A stretch of 64,000 bases of DNA, taken from an uncultured delta proteobacterium (lineage in GTDB: Bacteria > Desulfobacterota > Desulfobacteria > Desulfobacterales > QNYZ01). The number at the start of each line of letters is the position of its first letter. Position 1 is the first letter of the stretch. This document shows, in pieces, positions 23,401 to 33,123 of the stretch. The translations under genes were made by a program, and so were the position numbers. The stretch spans positions 595,743 to 659,742 of the forward strand of contig CAWJQU010000002.1 of the NCBI GenBank assembly GCA_963845145.1. Reading direction: 5' to 3'. A model generated the notes under the pieces. The model did no database searches. It was not told where the DNA came from and saw nothing but the letters and a program-made list of their open reading frames with translations.

Positions 23401-26400
23401 CCAGAGGCTCTTTTCTTGCCCGTATCATTCAAGCTGATATGGAGTTTTCTCCACCAGAATATTGGGTTCAACCTCCATTAAAAAATCAGCATGAAAACGC
23501 TGTCATATCCGATGAAACCAAGGAGGCATTTTCGGATACTGACAAATCGATAGAATCAATTTTGTTCGACACAATTGAATTGATTACCGGATTTAAAAAA
23601 GGCACAATCACATCGGACATGCGGCTATTGGATGACTTAAATCTTGACTCCATTAAAATCGGGGATCTCTTAACCAGAGTTGCCACGGCTGCAAAAATAG
23701 CAGGCGAAATTCCTCCTCTTGATTTTGAAAATTTGACTCTTGAGCAAATAACCCAAAAATGAACCTGGCAAATCAGGGATAAGGACTCCATTAAAACCGG
23801 ATATCCTCCAAGGTAATTGACCAAATCGCTAATTTGATAGGCATTTCGCCTAATGATATCAATGTTGATGCATTGTTAAAAAAGACTTAAGGTCAGCAAA
23901 ACCCAACTCAAAAAGATATTGCCGGGCTTGTCTGATCGAATCAAGGTGGATATTCATGTGGATCTGGAACCTCTGTTAAAACGCACCTTGCGACAAATAG
24001 CCTCCATCCTAGAGCGACTATACGACCAACAACAAGCACCACAAACGATTCCGCTCATGACTCACCGCTCACCTTGGACTCGTGAATTTTATGTTTCAAT
24101 ATCTCCCAATCCAACTCCAAAACAACCTACAGCGAGTCAAAAACGCATTGAAGATGATTGGCTATGTGAATGCATTGTTTTAGCCGATAACCCAGAAAAT
24201 GAAACTGCCATGGCCATGGCAGAGAAACTATCCGGACTAGGGGCTAGGGTTGATATAGAAACACATAACTCCGTTAGAAAAAAATCTAACGGGGCAATGA
24301 ATATACTCACTTTAATAATATTCTTCCGAGCAATAATGAATCTATGATCCCTATACGATATTAATTTTCAGGAAATAATCACTAGACTTGTTGGACCTAC
24401 AGCTATTTCGCCAGCTTCGCAAGCCCCTCGACGCAGAAATACAGTCGCATATCTTCAGTTTGGGGGTGGATATTTCGGTACTCTTCAAGAAACAATTTAA
24501 ACCATTTTTGCGACAACAGCGTTAGCGGCAAGTATCCATCAAGAGCGATCCGACCTAAGAGTCAGGGTGATTGATTTTTCATAAGATTTATCTCTAGATA
24601 ATATTGCCGATAAAACTATCGTAGAAACCAGTACTACAGAATCATTTTCTGCCGTAGGGTATGATGCGAAACTTACTCGACGAGAAAGATTCCAACACCT
24701 AACAGAACCCGGTACTATAAAGCTCGCCCATTAACCTGGAACAAAGAAGATGTTATTTTAGTCACGGGCGGGGCTAAAGGTATTACAGCCGAATGCGCCT
24801 TGGCATAGCACGGACGTGCGGGGCAAAGATGGCCTTAATGGGACGATCACCCTCCCCTAATTGCCTGCAAGATCAAATCTTTTAGATAAAGTATCGAATA
24901 CCTTGAAAAGATATTCCAATCAAAATTTAACGGCTCGATACTATAGTTGCGATATTAGCAACCGTAAATCAGTTAATACCCTTGTAGAAAAAATAAGTAA
25001 GGAAATGGGTCAAATTACGGGTGTTATCCATGGCGCGGGCTTAATTTACCCAATAAGGCTAATCAAGTTTCTATAGATGAAGCAATACAGGAAGTAAACC
25101 CAAAGGTGATAGGCGCTTTGAATCTTATGTCAGCTCATAGACTCCTTACCACCAAAGCTATTTATCGGCTTGACATCCATTATCGGAATCACCGGACTAC
25201 CAGGGAATGCATGGTATGGTTTCTCTAACGAGGCCCTAGATATTGTCTTACGTCGATTTGAACAAGTAATACCCAAAACTCGCACTCTCTCCATTGCGTA
25301 CAGCATTTGGCAGGATGAGGGGATGGGTGCTCGAATGGGAAGCGTTGATTCTCTGAAATATCGTGGTATATCAGCTATTCCAACAAAAGAGGGCGTAGAA
25401 CGTTTTATTCGTTTATTTTTCTATGATCCGGGAGTTCACCAAATAATTGTTGCCGCCCGCTTACCAGGCGTAGACACATTGAGGTTTGAACCAAAAAGTA
25501 ACCATTTGAATGCCAGATTTCTTGAGAAACCGATTCATATAACCCCCGGTGTTGAATCTGTCTTCCGGGTACACTTATCATTAGACACAGACCTCTACTT
25601 GAAGATCATGAATTCGAAGGGTCCTACTTATTCCCAGCCGCCTTTGGTTTAGAAGCAATGGCACAAGCTGTTGCTCATGTGACCGGAATTTCTGATTTTG
25701 ATCGCGTTCGAATCGAGAACATTAAGCTTTCACGCCCAATAATAGTGGATCCGGATGCAGGAACAGAAATACTGGTCTGGGCAGAAGTAGATGTTCAAAT
25801 TACTGATTCTGCACTTACCATCATTCGCGCAGGAATTTATCAACCTGGCATCCGTGCAGATACCGATTCTTTCGAAGCTACATTTATTTTAGGTTTACAT
25901 AAAAAACAACCAAAATATATAATAAAACTACCTAATCATCCTATTGACATTAATCCTATCTCAGACCTGTATCGTAAAACACTCCTTTTTCAAGGCCCCC
26001 TTTTTCAACAGATTCGAAAAGTTTGGTCGCTTGAGTCCGCAAATGAAAACGGCCGTTCTATTCTTACAGTGTACAAAAAAGATAAAAAGCAATCAGGATC
26101 TATCTCATTTGCGGGCAACGATAAATATATTTTAATACTAGAAGATTCCTTTTATCTTGATGCTCTTTTGCAATCACCTGCGATTTTAATCCCACAGGAC
26201 ACTTCACTACCTATAAAAATTGATTGTATCGATATTTTCTCTAACAATGGTATCGGAAAAAAACCAACTATCGGCAACCTGACTGCATCTGTAGAAATTT
26301 TAGCAAAAACCCATAAAGAGGTAAAAGCACTTATAGTGGTGACAGATCCTAAAGGAAATGTCATGGGCCGTCTTGAGGGCTATCGCCTGCGTGTTATATC

Positions 26401-28185
26401 ACATCATGAAGATTATCCTACAGTACATGATCTTCTAAATCCCCAATCGCGCGACAGCATGTTAATACAGAAAGAATTAGATTTATATGCAAAATATCTC
26501 AATCTACAAGTACCCAGCGCTTGTATCGTTTATTCACAAAATTACCATAAAATAAAGAAAGTTGATAGAAATCGCTTCTTAGTTCCAAATATAATTAGTA
26601 CCGTGCAACGGTATCAGGGCAAATCATCGAACTTATCCTCTGAGACAATCAAGATTAAATGGTCAAGAAAGGGCCATCCAATAGTTATTTCAGATGATAA
26701 ATCCGATATTAATATTTCAACATCACATGATGGTCGTTTAAGCTTAATCGTTGCAGGGAAATGGCCACAAACGTGCAATATTAAACGATTTATAACCAAA
26801 TCTCGAGAAGAATGGATAAAAGAAATTTCTTTAGCGGGAAATTCTTTTTATGATTTTTTTAAATCTGTAAAAAATATTGAAGACTCTTGTAATTTAATCG
26901 GCAATCAAATTATAGCTTGCGCTGATTTACTAAGAGCATCAAACAATAAAGACTTCAAGTCTTTTAAGCTTTATAAGAAAGTTGGTGACTCACTTCTTTT
27001 TAGAAACGAAATGAACAACAAGGAAATGGTAATTACTTTCCCAATATCCTTTACAAGGGGGATAAAACGAATTATTGCCTGTTATGTTAAAAACATAACT
27101 AGCGTTGCATACCAGCATCAATCGGTTAGATATAGTGGTTATGATGATATAATAGAAAAAAAAGAAATAACATCATTAGTGGTGGACCCCAAGGTCAAGA
27201 CATATTTGTACATCGAATTCCTCTTTGTTTTAGGCCAAGTGCACAACTTAGCCGCACAGTCTATTTTTCCAATTATTTTTTCTGGGCTGGTGAAGCTCGT
27301 GAAACATCAGCGTGGCCTGTATTAAGTGACATTAAGAGTGAATTTTCCAGCGGAAAATGGGGTGCAGTCACCAATCAAACTCATTTGCTTTTGCTTGGCG
27401 AGGCGACTACAAGTGACCAGATAGAAGTCTGGCTATGGGCTTCAGGAAATAGCGGGCCTTTCAATTCAGTAACAGAATTGACTTTCGATTTTAGAAAAAT
27501 ATTACCGAATGGTAAATTTGAACGTATTGCTTGGTTAGAGCAACAAACTACATGGGTTGAAATCGTTGATCATGGTGTCGTAAATCCGGCTCAATATCCA
27601 GACTACTATATGAAATTTGTGAATGACATGCTTCCTAAATATGACGCGCCCAATGCTCCTGAACCATTGCCGGAACCAGTCGCTCATCTACATTTGAATG
27701 ACCTTGAACCAATGATTTACCATGCGCCTAAAGGCCCATATATCCAACCTCGACTTTATGAACAAACCGTTTACACCTCCTTATCAGATGCCAATATTGT
27801 TGGAAATATTTACTTTGCCCACTATTATACATGGCTGGGTGATACTAGGGATCGATATTTTTTTCAGATAATCCCGGAATACTACCGTGGTATCGGTGAA
27901 AAGGGTGAGTTCTTATGTACGGAATGTCATGTCACTCACCTTCGAGAAGCCATGCCTTTTGACCGTATTAAGATTACCATGGCCCTCAAAAAGCTTACTA
28001 GAACCCATATTATGTTGTACTTTGAATTCTTTCGAATGGAAATCGACGGCACGAAAACTAAACTCGCTTACGGGGAACAAACCAATGTTTGGGTAAAGCG
28101 AGATACTAAAGGAAAACCTAAAGCGACACCTTTTCCGAAACCTTTAGAAAACGCATTTAACCGTGCAATCTCGCTTCTAAACTGA
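20432..28185 (+). pseudogene. pksE: Frameshift-broken enediyne-type iterative type I PKS (PksE-like: KS-AT-ACP-KR-DH-PPTase-like) with C-terminal tandem hotdog thioesterase domains
   Basis: KS GNTLTGEHTRSNTMRLRWPFVRR, YTVDGACSSS, HGTGT, GHTKAAAG; AT FPGQGSQ, GHSLGE, AFHS; ACP LDDLNLDSI; KR VTGGAKGITAECA; DH DTDLYLKDH..FPAAFGLEAMAQ; TE ANIVGNIYFAHYY; at least 10 ORF fragments. Confidence 0.88.
27181..28185 (+). CDS. Tandem 4-HBT/hotdog thioesterase domains (E10-like), open frame from ~27151
   Basis: Domain 1 HRIPLCFRPSAQLSRTVYFSNYFFWAGEARE; domain 2 EQTVYTSLSDANIVGNIYFAHYYTWLGDTRD; frame joins the PKS around the A8 run at 27156-27163. Confidence 0.75.
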   Translation, partial: GGPQGQDIFVHRIPLCFRPSAQLSRTVYFSNYFFWAGEARETSAWPVLSDIKSEFSSGKWGAVTNQTHLLLLGEATTSDQIEVWLWASGNSGPFNSVTELTFDFRKILPNGKFERIAWLEQQTTWVEIVDHGVVNPAQYPDYYMKFVNDMLPKYDAPNAPEPLPEPVAHLHLNDLEPMIYHAPKGPYIQPRLYEQTVYTSLSDANIVGNIYFAHYYTWLGDTRDRYFFQIIPEYYRGIGEKGEFLCTECHVTHLREAMPFDRIKITMALKKLTRTHIMLYFEFFRMEIDGTKTKLAYGEQTNVWVKRDTKGKPKATPFPKPLENAFNRAISLLN

Positions 28186-28334
28186 AAAATAGATAATATA
28201 TTTGAGCTATAAAGTAGACTCCGGATTTAATCTGAATTTTGGTGGTCTGATGTTAAATCTTCGTGATTACCCAATAAGAAATACTGGCCATACCCCAAAA
28301 ACAACATAGGTAATTGTCCGGTCTCTCCAACTGA

Positions 28335-29342
28335 TCAAAAGATAGAACTATTTAGATTAACAACCATCCGTCCTTTTAGCTTCCCTTTCAAAATAAGCTC
28401 AATATTTTCATTCAAGCCATCCAGGCTCGTTTCAACCATTAGACTGCCGAGATCGACCTTCCAAGGGTCGGCCAATTTTTCCCAGATCTGTTGACGTATA
28501 TTCATGGGGCAGGTCTGAGAATTAATTCCGATAAGGCGGGCACCCCTTAAGATAAAGGGGAACACCGTCGTGTTGAGTTCATGGGAGGCCACATTGCCGC
28601 AGCAGGTTACCGTTCCACCCGTGCGTATTGATTTTATGGCGGTGGCCAGGATTTCACCGCCCACCGTGTCGATCACACCCGCCCAGCGCTCCTTTAAAAG
28701 CGGTCGACCGGACGAATCCGTGGCCTCATCGCGGGAAATAACTTTAGCGGCGCCTATATCGTGCAGAAATTGGGTTTCTTTTTCTTTTCCGGTCACCGCC
28801 ACGACTTCAAATCCCAAACGGGCAAGAATGGAGACGGCCATACTGCCCACCCCCCCGGATGCGCCCGTCACCAGAACCTTGCCTTGTTCCGGCACCACAC
28901 AATGGTTTTCCAGTTCAAAAACCGATAGACCCGCCGTAAAACCGGCGGTTCCGTAAACCATACTCTCTTTTAATGTCAGATTATCCGGAAGATTGACCAC
29001 CCATTCGGCCGGCACCCGGATATATTGTCCGAATCCACCGGATGTATTCATGCCCAGATCGTAACTGGTCACAATCACCTCATCGCCGACGTTAAAATCC
29101 GGGCTGACGCTCTCTTCCACAATACCAGCGGCATCGATCCCCGGCGTGTGCGGATATTTCCTCGTGACCCCTTTGTTTCCAGTAGCCGAAAGCGCGTCTT
29201 TGTAATTCAAGGAGGAATGGCCGACTCTCACAAGGACCTCCCCTTTTGGCAAATCATCGATTGAACGGTGGGTAATTGTGCGCTTAAATCGTTTATCCTC
29301 GGTTTCAGTTACCACCATTGCCTCAAACTGTTTAGTATTCAT
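28335..29342 (-). CDS. YhdH/AcuI family NADPH quinone/acryloyl-CoA reductase (MDR)
   Basis: HSSLNYKDALS, PGIDAAG, GTAGFTA, VTGASGGVGS, PFILRG. Confidence 0.92.
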   Translation of the reverse strand: MNTKQFEAMVVTETEDKRFKRTITHRSIDDLPKGEVLVRVGHSSLNYKDALSATGNKGVTRKYPHTPGIDAAGIVEESVSPDFNVGDEVIVTSYDLGMNTSGGFGQYIRVPAEWVVNLPDNLTLKESMVYGTAGFTAGLSVFELENHCVVPEQGKVLVTGASGGVGSMAVSILARLGFEVVAVTGKEKETQFLHDIGAAKVISRDEATDSSGRPLLKERWAGVIDTVGGEILATAIKSIRTGGTVTCCGNVASHELNTTVFPFILRGARLIGINSQTCPMNIRQQIWEKLADPWKVDLGSLMVETSLDGLNENIELILKGKLKGRMVVNLNSSIF

Positions 29343-29505
29343 ATTGATGGTCTCCTTTCGGCCGGTTTTCGTTACTGATTAGATGTCGAAACCAGGCGAT
29401 CATATTTACCATTTGATAATAGCGGGAAAATTGATATAAGTACATGATAATTCAATTTTTATGCGACCGCGTCTTTCATTGCTTCCAAGGACCTAAACAC
29501 ACACC

Positions 29506-30282
29506 ATGGAAAAACCGATTCACTTCAATAACAATCAAGGGGAAAAAATAACCGGATCATTGCATCTTCCCGCCACCAGTACGGATCGCGGTATCATTCT
29601 GGCCCATTGCTTTACCTGCTCCCGGCATACAAGCATTTTAAGGCAATTGGGCCATGACTTTGCCAAGGCCGGGTTTATGGCACTGCGGTTCGACTTTTCG
29701 GGAAACGGCCAAAGCGAGGGCGAATTCGCTCAATCGACTTTTACCAAACAGAGATCCGAGATAATAATGGCCTCGGATCTGCTTTCCAGCCATGGCGTAC
29801 GACGTATTGGGCTGGCTGGTCACAGTATGGGGGCCGTCATTTCATTGCTGGCAGCGACTAAAATCGAGGCGGTAAAAGCTGTTTGTACCATTGCCGGGAG
29901 GCTATCGGGAGATAGGCCTACACATTTTTTTACCCAAGACCAGAAAAATAATCTCGAGAAAACCGGTAAAGTCGAATTCATCAGCCGCGGCCGGCCCTTG
30001 ATGATGACCCGTGACTTTTTTGCCGATGCCGACCAATTCGATCTTCCCGCAACTATTTCTCACTTGGGGGTGCCGCTTTTAATTATCCATGGCGATCAGG
30101 ACGAAATTATTTCGGTTGACGAGGCTTACATGGCGCATAAACTAAATACCGAGAACATTGCGCTGGCCATCATTCCGGGCGCAGACCATATGTTCAGCAA
30201 TAAAGACCACCGAACGGCTACGGCCGAACAAATCGTCACATGGTTTCAACAGCAACCTGCCCTTGCTAATCGGAGTGGCTAA
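29506..30282 (+). CDS. Alpha/beta hydrolase
   Basis: AHCFTCS, RFDFSGNGQSEG, GHSMG nucleophile, HGDQD, GADH. Confidence 0.9.
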   Translation: MEKPIHFNNNQGEKITGSLHLPATSTDRGIILAHCFTCSRHTSILRQLGHDFAKAGFMALRFDFSGNGQSEGEFAQSTFTKQRSEIIMASDLLSSHGVRRIGLAGHSMGAVISLLAATKIEAVKAVCTIAGRLSGDRPTHFFTQDQKNNLEKTGKVEFISRGRPLMMTRDFFADADQFDLPATISHLGVPLLIIHGDQDEIISVDEAYMAHKLNTENIALAIIPGADHMFSNKDHRTATAEQIVTWFQQQPALANRSG

Positions 30283-30318
30283 CCGGAGCGAATAACCGGA
30301 GCGAATAAGAGGATGGCA
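30267..30318 (+). repeat. Four 13-bp imperfect tandem repeats, each with GGA, ending at the sucA RBS
   Basis: TAATCGGAGTGGC/TAACCGGAGCGAA/TAACCGGAGCGAA/TAAGAGGATGGCA. Confidence 0.7.
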
Positions 30319-30320
30319 AA

Positions 30321-33041
30321 ATGAATTTACCCGAGACCTTAAACATCGCGTACATCGACAGCGCTTATCAGCGCTGGAAATCTGATCCTAAATCCGTTTC
30401 ACGGGACTGGCAGTTTTTTTTCCGGGGGTTTGAAATGGCCGGTGAGGGAATACCCCGCGCTGAAGCCGTGGCCGGCGATGCCGATCACGCGTTGGATCAG
30501 GCACGGGTGGCAATGCTTATCGATCGTTACCGGGAGCTTGGCCATTTACTGGCCTGCATGGACCCTTTATCCCCCTGCCCCACCGACCACCCCCTTTTAA
30601 ACCTTAACGCGTTTGATTTATCGCATGATGATTTGAAGAAAACTTTTTTTACCCCGCAATTTTCAAAAATGTCCAGCGCCACTTTGGGAGATATCGTCAA
30701 ACTGCTCAAGGAAACCTATTGCCGTGCCATCGGCGTTGAATACATGCATCTTCAAGACCCGCATGAGCGCCAGTGGCTCCAGGATCGCATGGAGCCGAAT
30801 CGAAACCGTCCGGATTTAAGTGCCGATCAGAAGATACGCATTTTGAATTTGTTGATCGGCTCTTCAATGTTCGAAAATTTTTTAAACAAAAAATACGTCG
30901 GTATCACCCGGTTCTCCCTTGAAGGCGGAGATGCTATTATTCCGCTGCTTGATACTCTGGTTACGAATACTGCTGCCGCCGGATGCCAAGAAATCATCCT
31001 GGGGATGGCCCACCGCGGCCGCTTGAACATACAGACCAACATTCTTAAACGACCCTATGAAGAGATATTCGAAGAATTTGAAAGTTGCTATGATCCGAAC
31101 CAGTTGCTGGGAACCGGTGATGTCAAATACCATAACGGATATATCGCCGACCTTGAAACCACCACCGGCCGTCCCATGCGGATTTTTCTGGTCAATAATC
31201 CCAGCCATCTCGAAGCCGTTGATCCCGTGGTCGAGGGGATTACCAGGGCCCGGCAGGAAATGCATCCAACCGAAAACAACCGCATTATCCCATTTTTAAT
31301 CCACGGCGATGCGGCCTTCGCCGGTCAAGGTGTCGTCACCGAAACGCTGAATATGTCCCAACTGGCCGGATATCAGACAGGCGGCACGATCCATATCGTC
31401 ATTAACAACCAGATCGGCTATACGACCTTACCGGAAGATGCCCGCTCCACGCGCTATTCCACCGATGTTGCCAAAATGCTGATGGTGCCGATCTTCCATG
31501 TCCATGGTGAAAAACCCGAGGCCATCGCCCATGTGGCCCGATTGGCCGCCGATTATCGCAACACCTTTAAAAAGGATGTCGTGATCGATGTGATATGCTA
31601 TCGCCGATTTGGACACAATGAAGGCGATGAGCCCTATTTTACCCAGCCGACCATGTACGATCGCATTCGTGAGCGGCCTTCCTTGGACGATCTTTACGCC
31701 GGGCAACTGCTTGAAGAAAATCGAATCCAACCACAAGAAATCGAGAAGATTAAAAACGAGATTATTGAGAAGCTCGAGGCGGCCTACCAGGAAATTCATG
31801 GCAGTACCTGCGCTTTTCCTGAATCCCGCTATTATGAAAACTGGGACGGCTTTCACGGGGACTACTCCCACCGTTCAGTAAAGACGACGGTTTCCAAAAC
31901 CGGGCTCATCGAACTTGCTAAAAAGCTTACCCAGGTCCCCCAGGACTTTAACCTTCATCCCAAAATCAAACGAATGCTGGATAAACGATTGGCCTCCGTG
32001 GAAAATGGCGCCGGAATCGATTGGGCCAATGCCGAGGCACTGGCCTTTGCATCCTTGCTGTCAGACGGTGTACCGATTCGATTAAGCGGCCAGGATGTCG
32101 GGCGGGGAACATTCAGTCAACGCCACAGTGTCCTCACCGACACGAAAACCGGCCACCAATTTACTCCTCTGACCGCTATCGGTGGTCAACCCGACCAATT
32201 TACGGTTTACAACAGCCATCTTTCCGAAGTGGGAGTGTTAGGCTTTGAATATGGCTACGCGCTGGCCCAACCCCGGGGCCTGACGATATGGGAAGCCCAG
32301 TTCGGGGATTTCGTCAACAATGCCCAGGCAACCATCGATCTGTTTATTGCCAGCGGAGAATCAAAATGGCAGCGCCTTTGCGGGCTGGTTATGCTGTTAC
32401 CCCATGGGCTCGAAGGCCTGGGACCTGAACATTCCAGCGCCCGGTTAGAGCGTTTTTTGCAATTGTGTGCTGATGACAATCTGCAGGTCTGTAACCTCAC
32501 GACACCGGCGCAGTATTTTCATTTGTTGAGACGCCAGGCCATAGTAAAATATCGCAAACCGCTGATTCTTATGACGCCCAAGAGTTTACTAAGGCATCCC
32601 CGGGCAGTTTCAAACGTGTCCGAAATGACAAGCGGCTCGTATCAGACCGTATTGGATGACCCTGACCCACCTGAAAAACCGCAGCAGGTACTGTTTTGCA
32701 GCGGAAAAATCTATTACCAATTGCTTCAACGGCGACAGGATTTGGAGACAACCGATAAAGTCATCATTCGTTTGGAGCAATTGTACCCTTTCCCTGAAGA
32801 TCGAATCAAACAGGTCCTTAAGCCATATAAAACGGTTAAAGCCTGGGCTTGGGTCCAGGAAGAACCGGCAAATATGGGAGCCTGGCAGTTTGTAAGGCAC
32901 CGGTTAGAAGACCTCATCGGAAAACCGGTTAAATATATCGGCCGAATCCCCGCGACCAGCCCGGCCTCTGGGTTTCCCGTGATATACAAACAGAAACAAG
33001 AGGCGATTAGCGATGAGGCGATAGGAAAGAAAGAAGCGTGA
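30321..33041 (+). CDS. sucA: 2-oxoglutarate dehydrogenase E1
   Basis: GMAHRGRLN, NPSHLEAV, HGDAAFAGQG, WEAQFGDF, GPEHSSAR. Confidence 0.96.
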   Translation: MNLPETLNIAYIDSAYQRWKSDPKSVSRDWQFFFRGFEMAGEGIPRAEAVAGDADHALDQARVAMLIDRYRELGHLLACMDPLSPCPTDHPLLNLNAFDLSHDDLKKTFFTPQFSKMSSATLGDIVKLLKETYCRAIGVEYMHLQDPHERQWLQDRMEPNRNRPDLSADQKIRILNLLIGSSMFENFLNKKYVGITRFSLEGGDAIIPLLDTLVTNTAAAGCQEIILGMAHRGRLNIQTNILKRPYEEIFEEFESCYDPNQLLGTGDVKYHNGYIADLETTTGRPMRIFLVNNPSHLEAVDPVVEGITRARQEMHPTENNRIIPFLIHGDAAFAGQGVVTETLNMSQLAGYQTGGTIHIVINNQIGYTTLPEDARSTRYSTDVAKMLMVPIFHVHGEKPEAIAHVARLAADYRNTFKKDVVIDVICYRRFGHNEGDEPYFTQPTMYDRIRERPSLDDLYAGQLLEENRIQPQEIEKIKNEIIEKLEAAYQEIHGSTCAFPESRYYENWDGFHGDYSHRSVKTTVSKTGLIELAKKLTQVPQDFNLHPKIKRMLDKRLASVENGAGIDWANAEALAFASLLSDGVPIRLSGQDVGRGTFSQRHSVLTDTKTGHQFTPLTAIGGQPDQFTVYNSHLSEVGVLGFEYGYALAQPRGLTIWEAQFGDFVNNAQATIDLFIASGESKWQRLCGLVMLLPHGLEGLGPEHSSARLERFLQLCADDNLQVCNLTTPAQYFHLLRRQAIVKYRKPLILMTPKSLLRHPRAVSNVSEMTSGSYQTVLDDPDPPEKPQQVLFCSGKIYYQLLQRRQDLETTDKVIIRLEQLYPFPEDRIKQVLKPYKTVKAWAWVQEEPANMGAWQFVRHRLEDLIGKPVKYIGRIPATSPASGFPVIYKQKQEAISDEAIGKKEA

Positions 33042-33123
33042 AGCCAGACCATTCTTTACCAGACCATTTCTTTAATGGTATGGTTTGTAGCCATTGTGAA
33101 ACAATCAAACGTCAGGAGTCATT

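Noticed and set aside
20432..28185. Programmed frameshifting or recoding as the cause of PKS fragmentation
   Set aside because: Too many breaks with no shared slippery motif, and the divergent gene is equally affected
28335..30282. AcuI-like reductase and hydrolase as trans-ER/TE of the PKS
   Set aside because: Backbone-like composition, no frameshifts, convergent orientation of the reductase, and both are common housekeeping families
33044..33085. CCAGACCATT duplication/hairpin between sucA and sucB
   Set aside because: Short local duplication with no evidence of function
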